Positions 52,670 to 64,000 of a stretch of 64,000 nucleotides of DNA are shown here, piece after piece (position 1 is the first letter of the stretch; each line of letters starts with the position of its first letter). Where the stretch lies: positions 19,282,001 through 19,346,000 of the forward strand of contig NC_088793.1 in the NCBI RefSeq assembly GCF_011386835.1, given 5' to 3'. Under the pieces are notes generated by a model, which worked only from the letters and a program-made list of their open reading frames with translations, was not told where the DNA came from and made no database searches. Both the position numbers and the translations under genes were made by a program. Source of the DNA: Chrysemys picta bellii. Lineage: Eukaryota.

Positions 52670-53110
52670 GATAGTTATTAGTAGCCTCATTTTACAGGTG
52701 GGGATACTGAAGCAAAGGTTAAGTGACTTGCTTGAGGTCATACAGTGAGAAAGAGGTACTGATGGGAATAAAGCCCAAACCCCACTCTGCCATATAGTAG
52801 CTACAGGAGGGGTGACTTATAACTTATATTATATGGTAGTAGTGTGAGAGTGGGGCCCCACTGCGCTAAGCGCCGTACAAATGCATAATAAAAGACAGTC
52901 CTTGACCGTAAGAGACAGATGAAGGTGGGCGAATGGAAACATTTCTACTCTCCCCCCCGCCCCATTTTACAGTTGGGAAATTGAAGCCCAGAGGAATTTG
53001 AAGTGACTTGGGCAAGGTCACAAAGGCAGCAGTGGCTGTGAACCACACTATGCGGCAGAGTGAGGCATTGAACCTAGTTCTCCCAGAGCCTTAGTGCCGT
53101 GCTTTAATCA
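52670..53110 (-). mobile_element. Two MIR/CORE-SINE remnants (~52670-52800 and ~52960-53110)
   Basis: cattttacag...actga(a/g)gc...aagtgacttg...aaggtca core motif, seen twice. Confidence 0.7.
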
Positions 53111-53945
53111 CAAGCTCAGCCTTCCTCTCTGAAAAGGGATCCTGTGCCCCTGATTGGAAACACCCACTAGCGAGTGCAGTAAAACACCTCCATTTTATGA
53201 ATGTAACTAAGGAGACATTTCGAACCACACACACACCTGGAATCGTAAGCAACAATATGTAAAATCCTGCCAAAGACCCAAGGACAGCACCCTGCTGAAA
53301 TCATCATCACACTATGGACACTTTCCTTTCTCTCCTTTGAGATTGCTCCAGATCCTCAAAGGTATTTAGTCTCCTAATGTCCTTGGATTTCAATGGAATT
53401 TAGAAGCCTTTGAGGATTGTGGCCTTTGTGACAATTTCAGGACTGAATATAAGCAATGCTTTTTAAAAAACATGATGAAATAGACTTTCAAGTGCATTGC
53501 CCTCTTGAAGGCATTGCGTGTAGGATAACACCCACTAATGCTGATTGGATTTATACAGACACACTGAGAAAGGTGCTTGTACCCTGCTGTGTCTCTCTTT
53601 CTGAAAAAGTATGCAGTACAGAATTGCTCTTTTAAGTCACATGTCCCTCTAATAATAAAATGGCTAATTAAAAAAGCTGGCTTCTATAGCAGGAATGTTA
53701 AATGAAGCGCAGTGAAATATCATCCAGCAGAACTGCATATCTTTACTGAAGTGGCCCTGCAGGGAAATCTGTCTCAGGACACTGGTTTTTCTATAGTTTA
53801 GCACTTTGAGCAAAAAACCCCCCACCCTGAACACATTTATGCCTAAAAAGTGTTTCCGCTGCCTTAACATACCTGTGCCAGCTAATGATATTTTGCATGT
53901 GTGAATGGATGGTTTCCAGCTCCTGCATTGTGTTCCACTTCCCAC

Positions 53946-54111
53946 CAGGGCCGCCCGGGGGGGTGGGGGAGGGGAAGTGGGGCAATTTGCCCCGGGCCCC
54001 ACAGGGGCCCCCACGAGAATATAGTATTCTATAGTATTGCAACTTTTTTTTATGGAAGGGGCCCCTGAAATTGCTTTGCCCCAGGCCCCCTGAATCCTCT
54101 GGGCGGCCTTG
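53946..54111. mobile_element. hAT MITE (166 bp)
   Basis: TIRs CAGGGCCGCCC / GGGCGGCCTTG and TSD CTTCCCAC / CTTCCCAT. Confidence 0.85.
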
Positions 54112-54733
54112 CTTCCCATGTGAACCCCAGTTAAAAAAAATCATGGAATGAATTGCTCTGCACTCTCTGACGGAGGCGAGCAGTAGGGCTAGTGCTGTCA
54201 CCTTTGTTTTAAATGTTTGCATTTATGTCTATTAGTGTTGATGTTTTCAGAGGTCTTTTAAATATGCCTCAGAGCCAGGGAGAGGCCCACAATCATGCTG
54301 GTCTCGTCACTGCATTTTAGGAGTTCTTCACTGATAGAGATACCATGAGCAACTCAAGTTTTAGTCCTTGGGCCAAATTCAGAAGCTGGAGTACGCTAGA
54401 CCCTTCCTTACACTCACATGAGGGTGAGATTTTCATGATTGCTCAGCGCTGGCCTAACTCTGCTCCTATTGGGGATTAGTCATTGGGAATTTCACTATTA
54501 CAGAGTCAGGTCAACAGTGAGTACTTCCAAAGAGCTCACTCTTAGTCTCTATTACACTGACTTAAACCCAGTCTACAGCTGTGTCAGGAAGGCTGAGCCG
54601 GATGTAACTCCCACACTGAGGAACTGGAAGAAGATATAAGTTAAAAGCGCCCTCATGCTAATATTACTTTCACCTACCTATGGATCCTGGGTATGTAAAT
54701 TACACCCACTCAGACTGCTGGATACATCAGTAA

Positions 54734-55026
54734 GGCCTGGTCTACACTGGGGGGGGTGTCAATGTAAGATATGCAACTTCAGCTACGGGAATACCGTAGC
54801 TGAAGTCGACATATCTTATTCCAACTTACTTCCCATCCTCACAGCGCGGGATCGATGGCCGCGGCTCCCCTGTCGACTCCGCTACTGCCGCTCGCTCCGG
54901 TGGAGTTCCGGAGTTGATGGGAGCGCGTTCGGGGATCGATATATCGTGTCTTAACGAGACGCGATATATCGATCCCCGATAAATCGATTGCTACCCGCCG
55001 ATACGGCGGGTAGTCTGGCCATACCT
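54734..55026. mobile_element. Young CpG-rich Harbinger-type MITE
   Basis: Left end GGCCTGGTCTACACT after TAA, degenerate right end, and an internal hairpin at 54930-54978. Confidence 0.8.
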
Positions 55027-55619
55027 TGAGGCAGGTAACAAGCAGTGGGTGTCACTCTTCCCCTTCCTCCCATTTCCTGCTCCTTTACTTTCACTAGCTC
55101 CCTTTTCTTGCCAGTCCCTTCATCCTGATTTTACCGCCAATTAAAAATAGCAACAACAATCAACTACAAAACATGTGACTAAGAAAATGATGCCAATCAC
55201 CACTATGTCCATTTGCTTCAGTGTTACATCCGTGCCCGCAACCTTCCATCTGTTTGTGTTTCTCAGATTGTATGCCCTCCAGGGCAAGGACTGCTTATAT
55301 CTGTGTCTGCACAGAGACAACACAATGGGGCCTTGATCCTGATTGAATAATAATAGCAATAATACATTAAATGTAATCATAATGAACAAAGGTATCCATA
55401 TCATATTAAAAACAGTTGAAATATTTAATGTAGATGTTCAAAAACAAATGTTAAATCAAAATCTTCAAAGTAAACCCAGCCATGGCTTGAATGGGAGAAG
55501 AATGCAAGGAATCAAAGTGTACAAAATCTTTATGTCTTTGCAGGCAGCACAAGACTCTAGATGATAATTTAGCAACTTCGATTTCAAATCTTTCCCTAGT
55601 TATAGCATCTACAACTGCT

Positions 55620-55733
55620 TTTTGGAACTGCACTGCCGTTGGCATTGGGTATGAGACCAAGCTTTAGCGCTGGATTTGAACCAATGACCTATTAGTCCTG
55701 CGGAGAATGTGTTACTAACAGAACCATGCTGGC
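55620..55733 (-). mobile_element. Ancient tRNA-headed SINE remnant (LF-SINE-like)
   Basis: Minus strand taggtcattggttcaaatccagc (B box) followed by ggtctca...gcagttcc. Family assignment is from memory and tentative. Confidence 0.35.
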
Positions 55734-56627
55734 ATTTTTCTGTGTTCAAGGTTAGCCTGGCACTTTTTGTTTTAAAGTCACATTTTGCAACCTCACAGAT
55801 TTTGGATGTTCTTTCTTTTTTTGTTCAATGAGTACTAAAATGCCTAATAATAAAAATCACTCTGAGTTGGAGCAGATCTAAATGTAGAGTATAGATCCAG
55901 ATGGATTTGTTTAACAATTAGCTTGTCATGTGATTTACATTTGAATCAATATATACAGCTTGAAAATTGTATATATCCCCTGAATACCACTTATTTTTCT
56001 GCTGTGCCTTAGCAATGGTTAAAATCCTTTATTTCTTCTTCTCATCTATGCCTCTAGATTAACTTTGTAAACAGCGATTATACAAACAGAAATTGTCATC
56101 AGATGATGCAGCTTTAAGTGACACATAGAGAAACGTGAAATGAATTTAGATCAAGTTACTAATGAATTAATTATTTATTCATTTATGCCAAAAACACTGG
56201 ATAGATTTGTGAAGCTGATTAGAAGACTGAAGCTGCTAAGTACAAAATGGATCTATGACTAGAAAGATCAGGAAGAAGACTGGGAATATGAAGTTACCAA
56301 TGGGGTCATAGGGAATGGAAGCATTTTAGTATCAAATTGGTTTGTCCATGTAAAATAATGTGATGCAATCTCTAAACTCTGATCATAATTGAAGCAGTGA
56401 GTTTGGCTACTTACTGTTCTTCAGTTCTAGGAAGCAGTAGGCAAATTTGTGGGATTCAAAGAAAAGCAACAAAAATTATCAGCGGGCAGGAGGAGAGATT
56501 AAAAGGAGCAAGTGTGTAAAGCTTGGCTGAAGAATGACTGAGATATTTGTGAGTGTGACAAACAAGAGAACAGTCCACACATTTTTGAAGGATGTATTCA
56601 CAATGGAAGGGGAAGAACTGTTTAGAA

Positions 56628-57038
56628 CAGTGGTTCTGAACCAGGGGTATGCATACTCCTGGGGGTGCACAGAGGTCTTCCACAGGGTACATCAACTCAT
56701 CTACATATTTGCCTAGGATGACAACAGGCTACATAAAAAGCACCGGCGAAGTCAGTATAAACTAAAATTTCATTCAGACAATGACTTTTTATACTGCTCT
56801 ATATACTATACACTGAAATGTAAGTACAATATTTATATTCCAATTGATTTATTGTATAATTATATGGTAAACATGAGAAAGTCAGCAATTTGTCAATAAC
56901 AGTGTGCTGTGACACTTGTGTATTTTTATGTCTGGTTTTGTAAACAAGTCGTTTTTAAGTGAGGTGAAACTTGGGGTACGCCAGACAAATCAGACTCCTG
57001 CAAGGGGCGCAGTAGTCTGGAAAGGTTGAGAGCCCCTG
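56628..57038. mobile_element. hAT (Charlie-like) MITE (411 bp)
   Basis: CAGTGGTTCTGAACC / GGTTGAGAGCCCCTG termini and TSD GTTTAGAA / GTTTAGAG. Confidence 0.82.
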
Positions 57039-57211
57039 GTTTAGAGGTACCCAAAGGGGAAGGGTATAACTAGGAGCAATGGGATAAAATTAAGGGAAAT
57101 TTTAACTAGTATTCAGATTAAACCTTCCAATAATGAGATCCATTAGTCAGTGAAATCGTCTCCCCGGGGAGCCTGAGGTTATCCCATTGCTTGAATAAAG
57201 TAAAGCTAGAC

Positions 57212-57815
57212 CAGGGGTCGGCAACCTTTCAGAAGTGGTGTGCCGAGTCTTCATTTATTCACTCTGATTTAAGGTTTCGCGTGCCAGTAATCAGGGGCGG
57301 CTCCAGGCACCAGCACCCCAAGCACGTGCCTGGGGCGGCATGCCACAGGGGGCTCCCTGCTGGTCGCTGCGAGGGTGGCAGTCAGGCTGGCTTCAGCGGC
57401 ATGCCTGCAGGAGGTCTGCCGGTCCTGTGGCTTCGGCGGTGGGTACGCCAAAGCCGCAGGACCGAAGGACCTCCCGCAGGCATACCGCCAAATCCGCGTT
57501 ACCAGCGGACCTCCTGCAGGCATGCCGCCGAAGGCAGCCTGACTGCCGTGCTTGGGGCGGCGAAATACATAGAGCCGCCTCTGCCAGTAATACATTTTAA
57601 CATTTTTAGAAGGTGTCTTTCTATAAATATATAACTAAACTATTGTTGTATGTAAAGTAAATAAGGTTTTAAAAATGTTTGAGAAGCTTCATTTAAAATT
57701 AAATTAAAATGCAGAGCCCCCCGGACCGGTGGCCGGGGCCCGGGCAGTGTGAGTGCCACTGAAAATCAGCTCGCGTGCCGCCTTCGGCATGCGTGCCATA
57801 GATTGTCTACTCCTG
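57212..57815. mobile_element. hAT MITE, same family as 46347-46656, split by a younger insertion
   Basis: Left TIR CAGGGGTCGGCAACC, a perfect TSD AGCTAGAC, and a body nearly identical to 46347-46656. Confidence 0.92.
57292..57583. mobile_element. Young GC-rich hAT MITE (292 bp)
   Basis: TIRs CAGGGGCGGCTC / GAGCCGCCTCTG, a perfect TSD CCAGTAAT, and an internal ~40-bp inverted repeat. Confidence 0.92.
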
Positions 57816-57909
57816 AGCTAGACTGATAAAGCATTGTAGGGATCAATCTCCCATTGGCAGGGAGCTAGGTTGGATGACCTAACAGGTCTTTTCCAGCTCT
57901 GACTTCTAT

Positions 57910-57997
57910 GAGCCAGATCCTCAGTTGGTGTACATCAGCATACCACCCTGGAGGTCAATGGAGCTGTGCTGATGTACACCAGCTGAGGATCCGGCCC
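57910..57997. mobile_element. Short palindromic MITE
   Basis: gagccagatcctcagttggtgtacatcagca...tgctgatgtacaccagctgaggatccggccc inverted arms. Relatives at ~1450-1590 and 5349-5447. Confidence 0.7.
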
Positions 57998-58156
57998 TAT
58001 GACTCTATAATCATCTTGTTTTTGTTGCTTTCATAATACACCAAAGAGTCTAATGAAGGCTGTGTTTGCTGCATAAAATGGGTGTGCTTTTACAATGAGA
58101 TGGCCAGTTCAAGATCGCTCTCTTGATGTAAAATCCTACTGGAGGCAGGGCCCCAG

Positions 58157-58302
58157 TAGAATCATAGAATCATAGAAGCTCAGGGTTGGAAGGGACCTCA
58201 GGAGGTCATCTAGTCCAACCCCCTGCTCAAAGCACGACTAATCCCCAACTAAATCATCCCAGCCAGGGCTTTGTCAAGCCTGACCTTAAAAACCTCTAAG
58301 GA
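58157..58302 (-). mobile_element. CR1 3' end
   Basis: tagaatcatagaatcatagaagctcagggttggaaggg tail, homologous to 14381-14520. Confidence 0.9.
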
Positions 58303-59294
58303 TCCTGTTACCACCTTGATCCAGCTAGTCAAATCAACCTCAGACCCCTCACCTGGAATCCACCTCAGGTAGCAACGCTGAGGTAAAATCTCCAGTGCCT
58401 TGTTTCACATTGAGATATCTATCTTGAAGTAAAAACACACTTTTTTTTTTTTTTTTTTGGCAGAGAAGACAGAGCCTTATACTACTCTGGAAACAGGTGA
58501 GCTACCAGATGCTGACTAGGTAATTTTTTTTTAGCCTTTCTGTACGTGCAGGATTAGCTGAAGTGCAATGCTAAATGTTAACTTTTATCTTTTTGCGGGG
58601 TGGGAGCTAGACTTACTTGTGCTTATTAGTACCTAGGATTGTTAGCAAGAATGAGTGCTCACCAGTGTATTAAAGGTGCTACAACTGGGATGTGAATGAA
58701 TCTGTTGCCACAGTGCAGAACTAACAGTGGCAGAACTAACAGGGCATGGGGTGACCACCCCCCCAAGGTGGCCTTATGTGTATCTGTGGTTCCTTTTCAA
58801 GCATATTATACAATTGACAGAAGGAGCTCATGACACAAATTTTCACACTGGCCTGGAGAGTGAACTCACCCAGCACTCATCTGGCAGCGACAGCTCCTGT
58901 CCTGCGAGGCTGTGCCCAGATCCCTGTTCCAGCCATTGAGACATGCTGCCTGGAGCCAAATGTGCTGCGACCCCTGTGCAACACCAGTCACTCAAATTTG
59001 GCCTGTCCACCTCTCAGCCATAACCATGGGGCAGCCAGGCCAAACCCAACTGGTTCAGTGACCCCATATGCCAGGTTGCAACGCTCAGTGTGGAGAGCCA
59101 GGCCCAGCCCCATGAGACAGAAGCTGCCACTGCCAGCTGACTGTGAGGTGGGCTTGCTCTCCAGCTCACCACCAATGACCCATCACCCCCACACCACTCC
59201 TCCAATGTAAAACCTGGCTCCACCACCGAGTGCACCCCAGAGTAGGTGAGCTTTTCTGGGCAGCCTGGAAAGCGAGGCAATGGTTTCTGTAGTT

Positions 59295-60440
59295 TTAGAT
59301 TATTATTTGTATTATGAGAGTGCCTATAGGCAACCATCATCAGGGACCCATTGTGCTAACAGCTGTATATATGTAAAGCAACAGGCAGTCCCTGACTTGA
59401 AGAGTTTAAAGTCTAAATTGACAAGACAGACAAAGGAAAGGAAACTGAGGCAAAGACAGTCTTCCCCATAGCAGAATTGGGAATAGAACACCCCTCAGTT
59501 CAGTCCCCGCTCTACTAGACCATTGCGCCTCACTAAAACACATGTACATAAATATCATAATAATGTATTATGCCTGGTATACTGAAGCTTTCACCCGGGA
59601 TAGGCTTCAAAGTGTTATAGTACCTCGCATTACAGATAGCACAAGTAGTCAAGGGGGTGGGGGACTGGGACAACTAGCTGAGTGGGGAGGTTGGGATGGG
59701 TGTCTGAAGGAGGCAGGCATCCTATGGAAAAATAATATGTGAGCATGTGATTAAAGACTGTATAATAATGCATATGCAAAATGCCAGACTTAAGGTCATA
59801 CAGACAACCTGAAGTCTGGCATTTCCTAACTTCTGAGTGCTTGACTTTGCAACCTTAGTAATGTACTTTTAATGTAGTTTTAATGGAAGTTTTATGAGTA
59901 TCCTCCTCATTCAATATGTGGCCCTAAGTGTTATTTATTGCACACCATTCAAATCCTGCACTCGACACAGAATGATTAATAGTCCCCTAGGTGTTTCTGA
60001 GGTGGTCTCACCATGGTGCCTGAGTGCACTGAAAACATCAACGAGTTTATCTTCATAATATTCCTGTGAGATTAAGTAATATGATCCTCCCCATTTTATA
60101 GCAGGGGAACTGAGGCACTGAGAGATTAAGGCTAAGGCTAAAATTGTTAAATACCCACTAATTTTGGATACCCAACTTGAGATATCTAGATTGTTATTTT
60201 CCAAAGTAATTAGCATTTTTATAGCACTTTATATGCTCAAAGCACAGCTCCAATCAACTTCAGTTGCAACGTTGAGTGCTCAACCCTGCTGCAAATCAGA
60301 CCTCAAGCGCCTCGTGCCCTGGGCACCCAGAACGTGAGAAAGACACAATTAGTGACCGTGTGTGAACATTTTGTTTTAAGTGACTTGCCCAGCATCACAC
60401 AGGAACTCTGTGGCAGAGGCATGGATAGACTCTTAGCCAT
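59295..60440. mobile_element. MIR/L2-tail remnants with nested short MITEs
   Basis: MIR core split between ~60090-60130 and ~60375-60420 by an intervening MITE. L2/MIR tail at 59295-59530. Confidence 0.55.
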
Positions 60441-60620
60441 GAGACCATCCTATCTCTTCTTGCAAGCCTCATACATTACCCATCTTCTGCAACAAATGAG
60501 GCAGGGGACCTACAGGCAACAGCCTCTTTCACTACACAACCCTAATTAGTCTCCAGGCCACATGTAAGTGTGCCTGGTGTGGAGCTGCAATTATATTGAG
60601 GAGTTAGAGATACACCTATC

Positions 60621-60792
60621 TCATAGAGCTGGAAGAGACCCCGAAAGGTCATCGACTCCAACCCCCTGCTTTCACTAGCAGTGACCAAGTACTGATTTTT
60701 GCCCCAAATCCTTAAGTGGCTCCCTCAAGGATTGAACTCACAACCCTGGGTTTAGTAGGCCAATGCTCAAACCACTGAGCTATCCCTCCCCC
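60621..60792 (-). mobile_element. Tortoise-type PolIII SINE, full length
   Basis: The reverse complement matches 635-827, from the head ggagggatagctcagtggtttgagcattggcc to the CR1-like tail. Confidence 0.9.
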
Positions 60793-61362
60793 TTTCCTGG
60801 AGTTCCTTCCTGGAGAGTAGCCCCATGTTCAGTCTCTTGGACTCATCACAAAGCCTGATCAAATCCTCCTATATAATATCAGTTGCATAAAATGGGCTAG
60901 CTTAGCATATACTGCAGGGCAAAACTCCCATGGATTTCAGTCATGTGCAATGTTGGCTTTATACACATGAGCTGTGTTGGCTTGTGTAAAACTTAAAAAT
61001 CCCCAGCCCTTCCCCTCGCCCCACACACACTCCGGTTAGCAGCATTTAGCAGTTTATTAATAGCTCATTAATATGTATGAAACCTGACCATTAGCAGTGT
61101 GTCCCAACAGGGGATAATTAAGTTTTTGGCACCATTCTAATAGCATCTGAAAACTGTTTCCATTTTCTCTGGGGCCTCATTAGGGCAGTGTCAGCCTGCT
61201 GAGTTGTCCACCATTCTTATATTTTATTTTGAATGTGTCCTTTCCTTCCTAGAAACATACCCCAGGGGGAAAAAACGGGGGAATAAGGATTGGAATGGGA
61301 ACCCTGTCTCTGACAGGTTTGTTGCTCTGTGTATCACAACAACCTATCATAGAGATTCCTAA

Positions 61363-61618
61363 GGGCTGGTTTAAACACACATTTTGGACCAGTATAGCTA
61401 TTTCAGTTAGAGGTGTGACTTTTTACTGACATAATATACTGGTACAAACTTAGTGTGGATGTATTATACCAATATAAAGGTGTCTTATAGCAGTATAGCT
61501 TATTGCCTGTACAGGAATAGCTATATCAATATAAAGCACCTTCATACTGATATAACCGTGTCCCCACTGGAAGTGCTGGTATCATTAAAAAGTAGTTTTC
61601 TAGCACAGGCGAAGCTTT
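61363..61618. mobile_element. Degenerate Harbinger-type MITE
   Basis: TAA then GGGCTGGTTTAAAC at the left end. Interior tatagcta motifs as in 51970-52256. Confidence 0.5.
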
Positions 61619-61857
61619 AGGTTTCAAAAATATTAAAAAATACTGAGAGTTTTGCAAGCTGAACAATTGATTTGTGCTTGGCCTTGTAATATTTGAGGAT
61701 TTGTGGAGTAACTGGATCTTGAATTTCGGTTCAGGCTCATCTCTTTCTTCCATTTAAAGAAACTGTCAAGCAGGGAATTTTCCCCCCGTAAAAAACCCTG
61801 TACAATGAAAAGAAATGAGAGGAATAAGGAAACTGATAGACTCAGAAGCTCATACAC

Positions 61858-64000
61858 TTTAAGGCCAAAAGGATACCATCATGATCATCTGATTTGACCT
61901 CTTGCACATTGGAGGCCACAGACCCTCACTCACCTAATCCTGCAGTAAATCCATAACTTCTGGCTGAGTTACTCCACAAATCTTGATTTAAAGACTTCAA
62001 GTTACAGAGAATCCACCATTTACTCTAGTTAAAACCAGCAAGTGACCTATGTCCCAAACTGCAGAGGAAGGCAACCCCTCTGCCCCCAAGGTATCTGCCA
62101 ATCTGACCTAAGGGAAAATTACTTCCCAATCCCAAATATGGTGGTTAGACCTTTAGCATGTGCTCAGACCCATCAGCCAGACACCTGGGAAAGAATTTTC
62201 TGTAGTAACTCAGAGCTCTCCTCATCTAGTGTCCTATCTCCTGCCATTGGAAATGTTTGCAGATGCAGGTGGGCCATATGCCATTGTAGGCAACCTCATC
62301 ATACTGTCCCCTTCATGAATATATCAAGCTCAGTCTTGAAACAACTTAGATTTTGTTTGCCCCCATTTCTTCCCTTGGAAGGCTATTCCAGAAATTCACT
62401 CTTCCAATGGTTAGAAACCGTCATCTAATTTCAAGCCTAAACTTGTTGATGGCCAATTTATACCCATTTGTTCTTGTGCTAACATTGACCCTTAACTTAA
62501 ATAACTCCTCTGCATCCCTGTTTGTCCTTCTAATGTATTTATATAGATCAATCATATCTCCCCTTAGACTTCATTTTGTTAGGTTAAACAAGCCAAACTC
62601 CTTAAGTCTCCTCTCATAAGGCAGGTTCTCCATTCCTCTGATTATCCCAGTAGCCCTTCATAAGAACATAGGAATGGCCATACTGGGTCAAACCAAGGGT
62701 CCATCTAGCCCAGCATCCTGTCTGCCGACAGTGGCCAATGCCAGGTGCCCCAGAGGGAGTGAACCTAACAGGCAATGATCAAGTGATCTCTCTCCTGCCA
62801 TCCATCCCCACCATCCAACAAACAGAGGCTAGGGACACCATTCCTTACCCATCCTGGCTAATAGCCATTAATGGACTTAACTTCCATGAATTTATCTAGT
62901 TCTCTTTTAAACACAGTTATAGTCCTAGCCTTCACAACCTCCTCAGACAAGGAGTTCCACAGGTTGACTGTGCACTGTGTGAAGAAGAACTTCCTTTTAT
63001 TTGTTTTAGACCTGCTGTCCATTAATTTCATTTGGTGGCCCCTAGTTCTTAAGTTATGGGAACGAGTAAATAACTTTTCCTTATTCACTTTCTTCACACC
63101 ACTCATGATTTTATATACCTCTATCATACCTCTCCCCCCCTTAGTCTCCTCTTTTCCTTCTGTGCACCTGTTCCAGTTTGCATTCATCTTAAGCATGGGA
63201 GACCAGAACTGCACACAACATTCCAAATGCGGTCTCACTAGTGCCTTGTACAATGGTAATAAAACTTCCTATCTCTACTGGAAATACCATGCCTGATGCA
63301 TCCTAGGATTTCATTAGTTTTTTTCACAGCTGCATCTCAATGGCGACTCATAGTCATCCTGTGATTGACCAATAGTCTTTCTCCTCCTTTGTCTCTTCCA
63401 ACTGGTAAATGCCCAGCTTATAGCAAAATCTCTTGTTGTTAGTCCCTAAGTGCATCAATTTGCACTTTCCACTATTAAATTTCATCCCATTTTTATTATT
63501 CCATTTTTCAAGGTCATCCACATCTTCTTCTATAATAGTCCAGTCCTCCTCCATATTAGCAATACCTCCCAACTTTTATCATCCACAGATTTTATTAGCA
63601 CACTCCCCCTTTTTGTGCCAACATCATTAATGAAAATGTTAAATAAAATCGGTCCCAAAGCCAATCCTTGAGGAACTCCTCTAATAACCTCTGTCTAGCC
63701 TGACACTTCATCTTTCAGTATGATCTGTTATACTCTCCCCTTTAATCTTTCCATTCTCATATTAATCCCTATCTTCTCCAGTTTAACTAATCATTTCCCA
63801 TCTGGCACTGTATCAAAAGCCTTACTGAAATCCAGCTAGATTAGATCTACTGCATTTTCTTTATCTAGAAAATCAGTTATCTTCTCAAAGAAAAAGATCA
63901 GTTTCGTCTGGCATGATCTACCTTTTGTAAAACCATCGTGTATTTCATTCCAATTAGTATTTAAATCTATATCTTTAAGTACTCTTTCAAGATTAGTTCC
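61858..64000 (-). mobile_element. CR1 (long-3'UTR type), running off the window end and interrupted at 62660-63155
   Basis: 3' UTR homologous to 20100-20450. RT remnants MKFNSGKCKLMHLG and ttgaggaactcc (GVPQG). The host sequence rejoins across gtagcccttc|tgtgcacctgttcc. Confidence 0.9.
62660..63155 (-). mobile_element. CR1 3' fragment nested in a CR1
   Basis: cataagaacataggaatggcc tail, [12 protein letters not shown] translation, and CCTTC at both junctions. Confidence 0.88.

Larger units (their letters stand above)
56470..57910 (+). mobile_element. Old CR1 3' fragment hosting nested hAT elements
   Basis: CR1-like ggaagaactgtttag...aactaggagcaatgggataaaattaag...ggatgacctaacaggtcttttccagctctgacttctatga, once the insertions are removed. 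Confidence 0.75.

Overview
Vertebrate genomic DNA, most likely from a turtle (inferred from tortoise-type PolIII SINEs and the CR1, hAT and Harbinger repeat content). The only confidently identified gene is PTCHD4 on the minus strand. Its last coding exon is at 40515-42148, part of its last intron fills 42149-64000, and its 3' UTR and downstream region lie to the left. Most of the rest is transposon debris: CR1 and L2 LINEs, SINEs, MIR-like pieces, hAT, Harbinger and Mariner MITEs (several nested, with readable target-site duplications, TSDs) and solo LTRs. No rRNA, tRNA or CRISPR array is supported. The most interesting signals are: (1) three short palindromic Penelope-derived retro-insertions with 11-12 bp TSDs, two of which retain minimal hammerhead-ribozyme cores; (2) a ~140 bp TSD-like duplication bracketing a CR1 copy; (3) a ~190 bp local copy inserted inside an L2, with a 39-nt perfectly identical block; (4) speculative phase-compatible minus-strand exons downstream of PTCHD4. 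Repeat family names are by-eye assignments and many boundaries are approximate. I see no strong evidence for a new protein-coding system.
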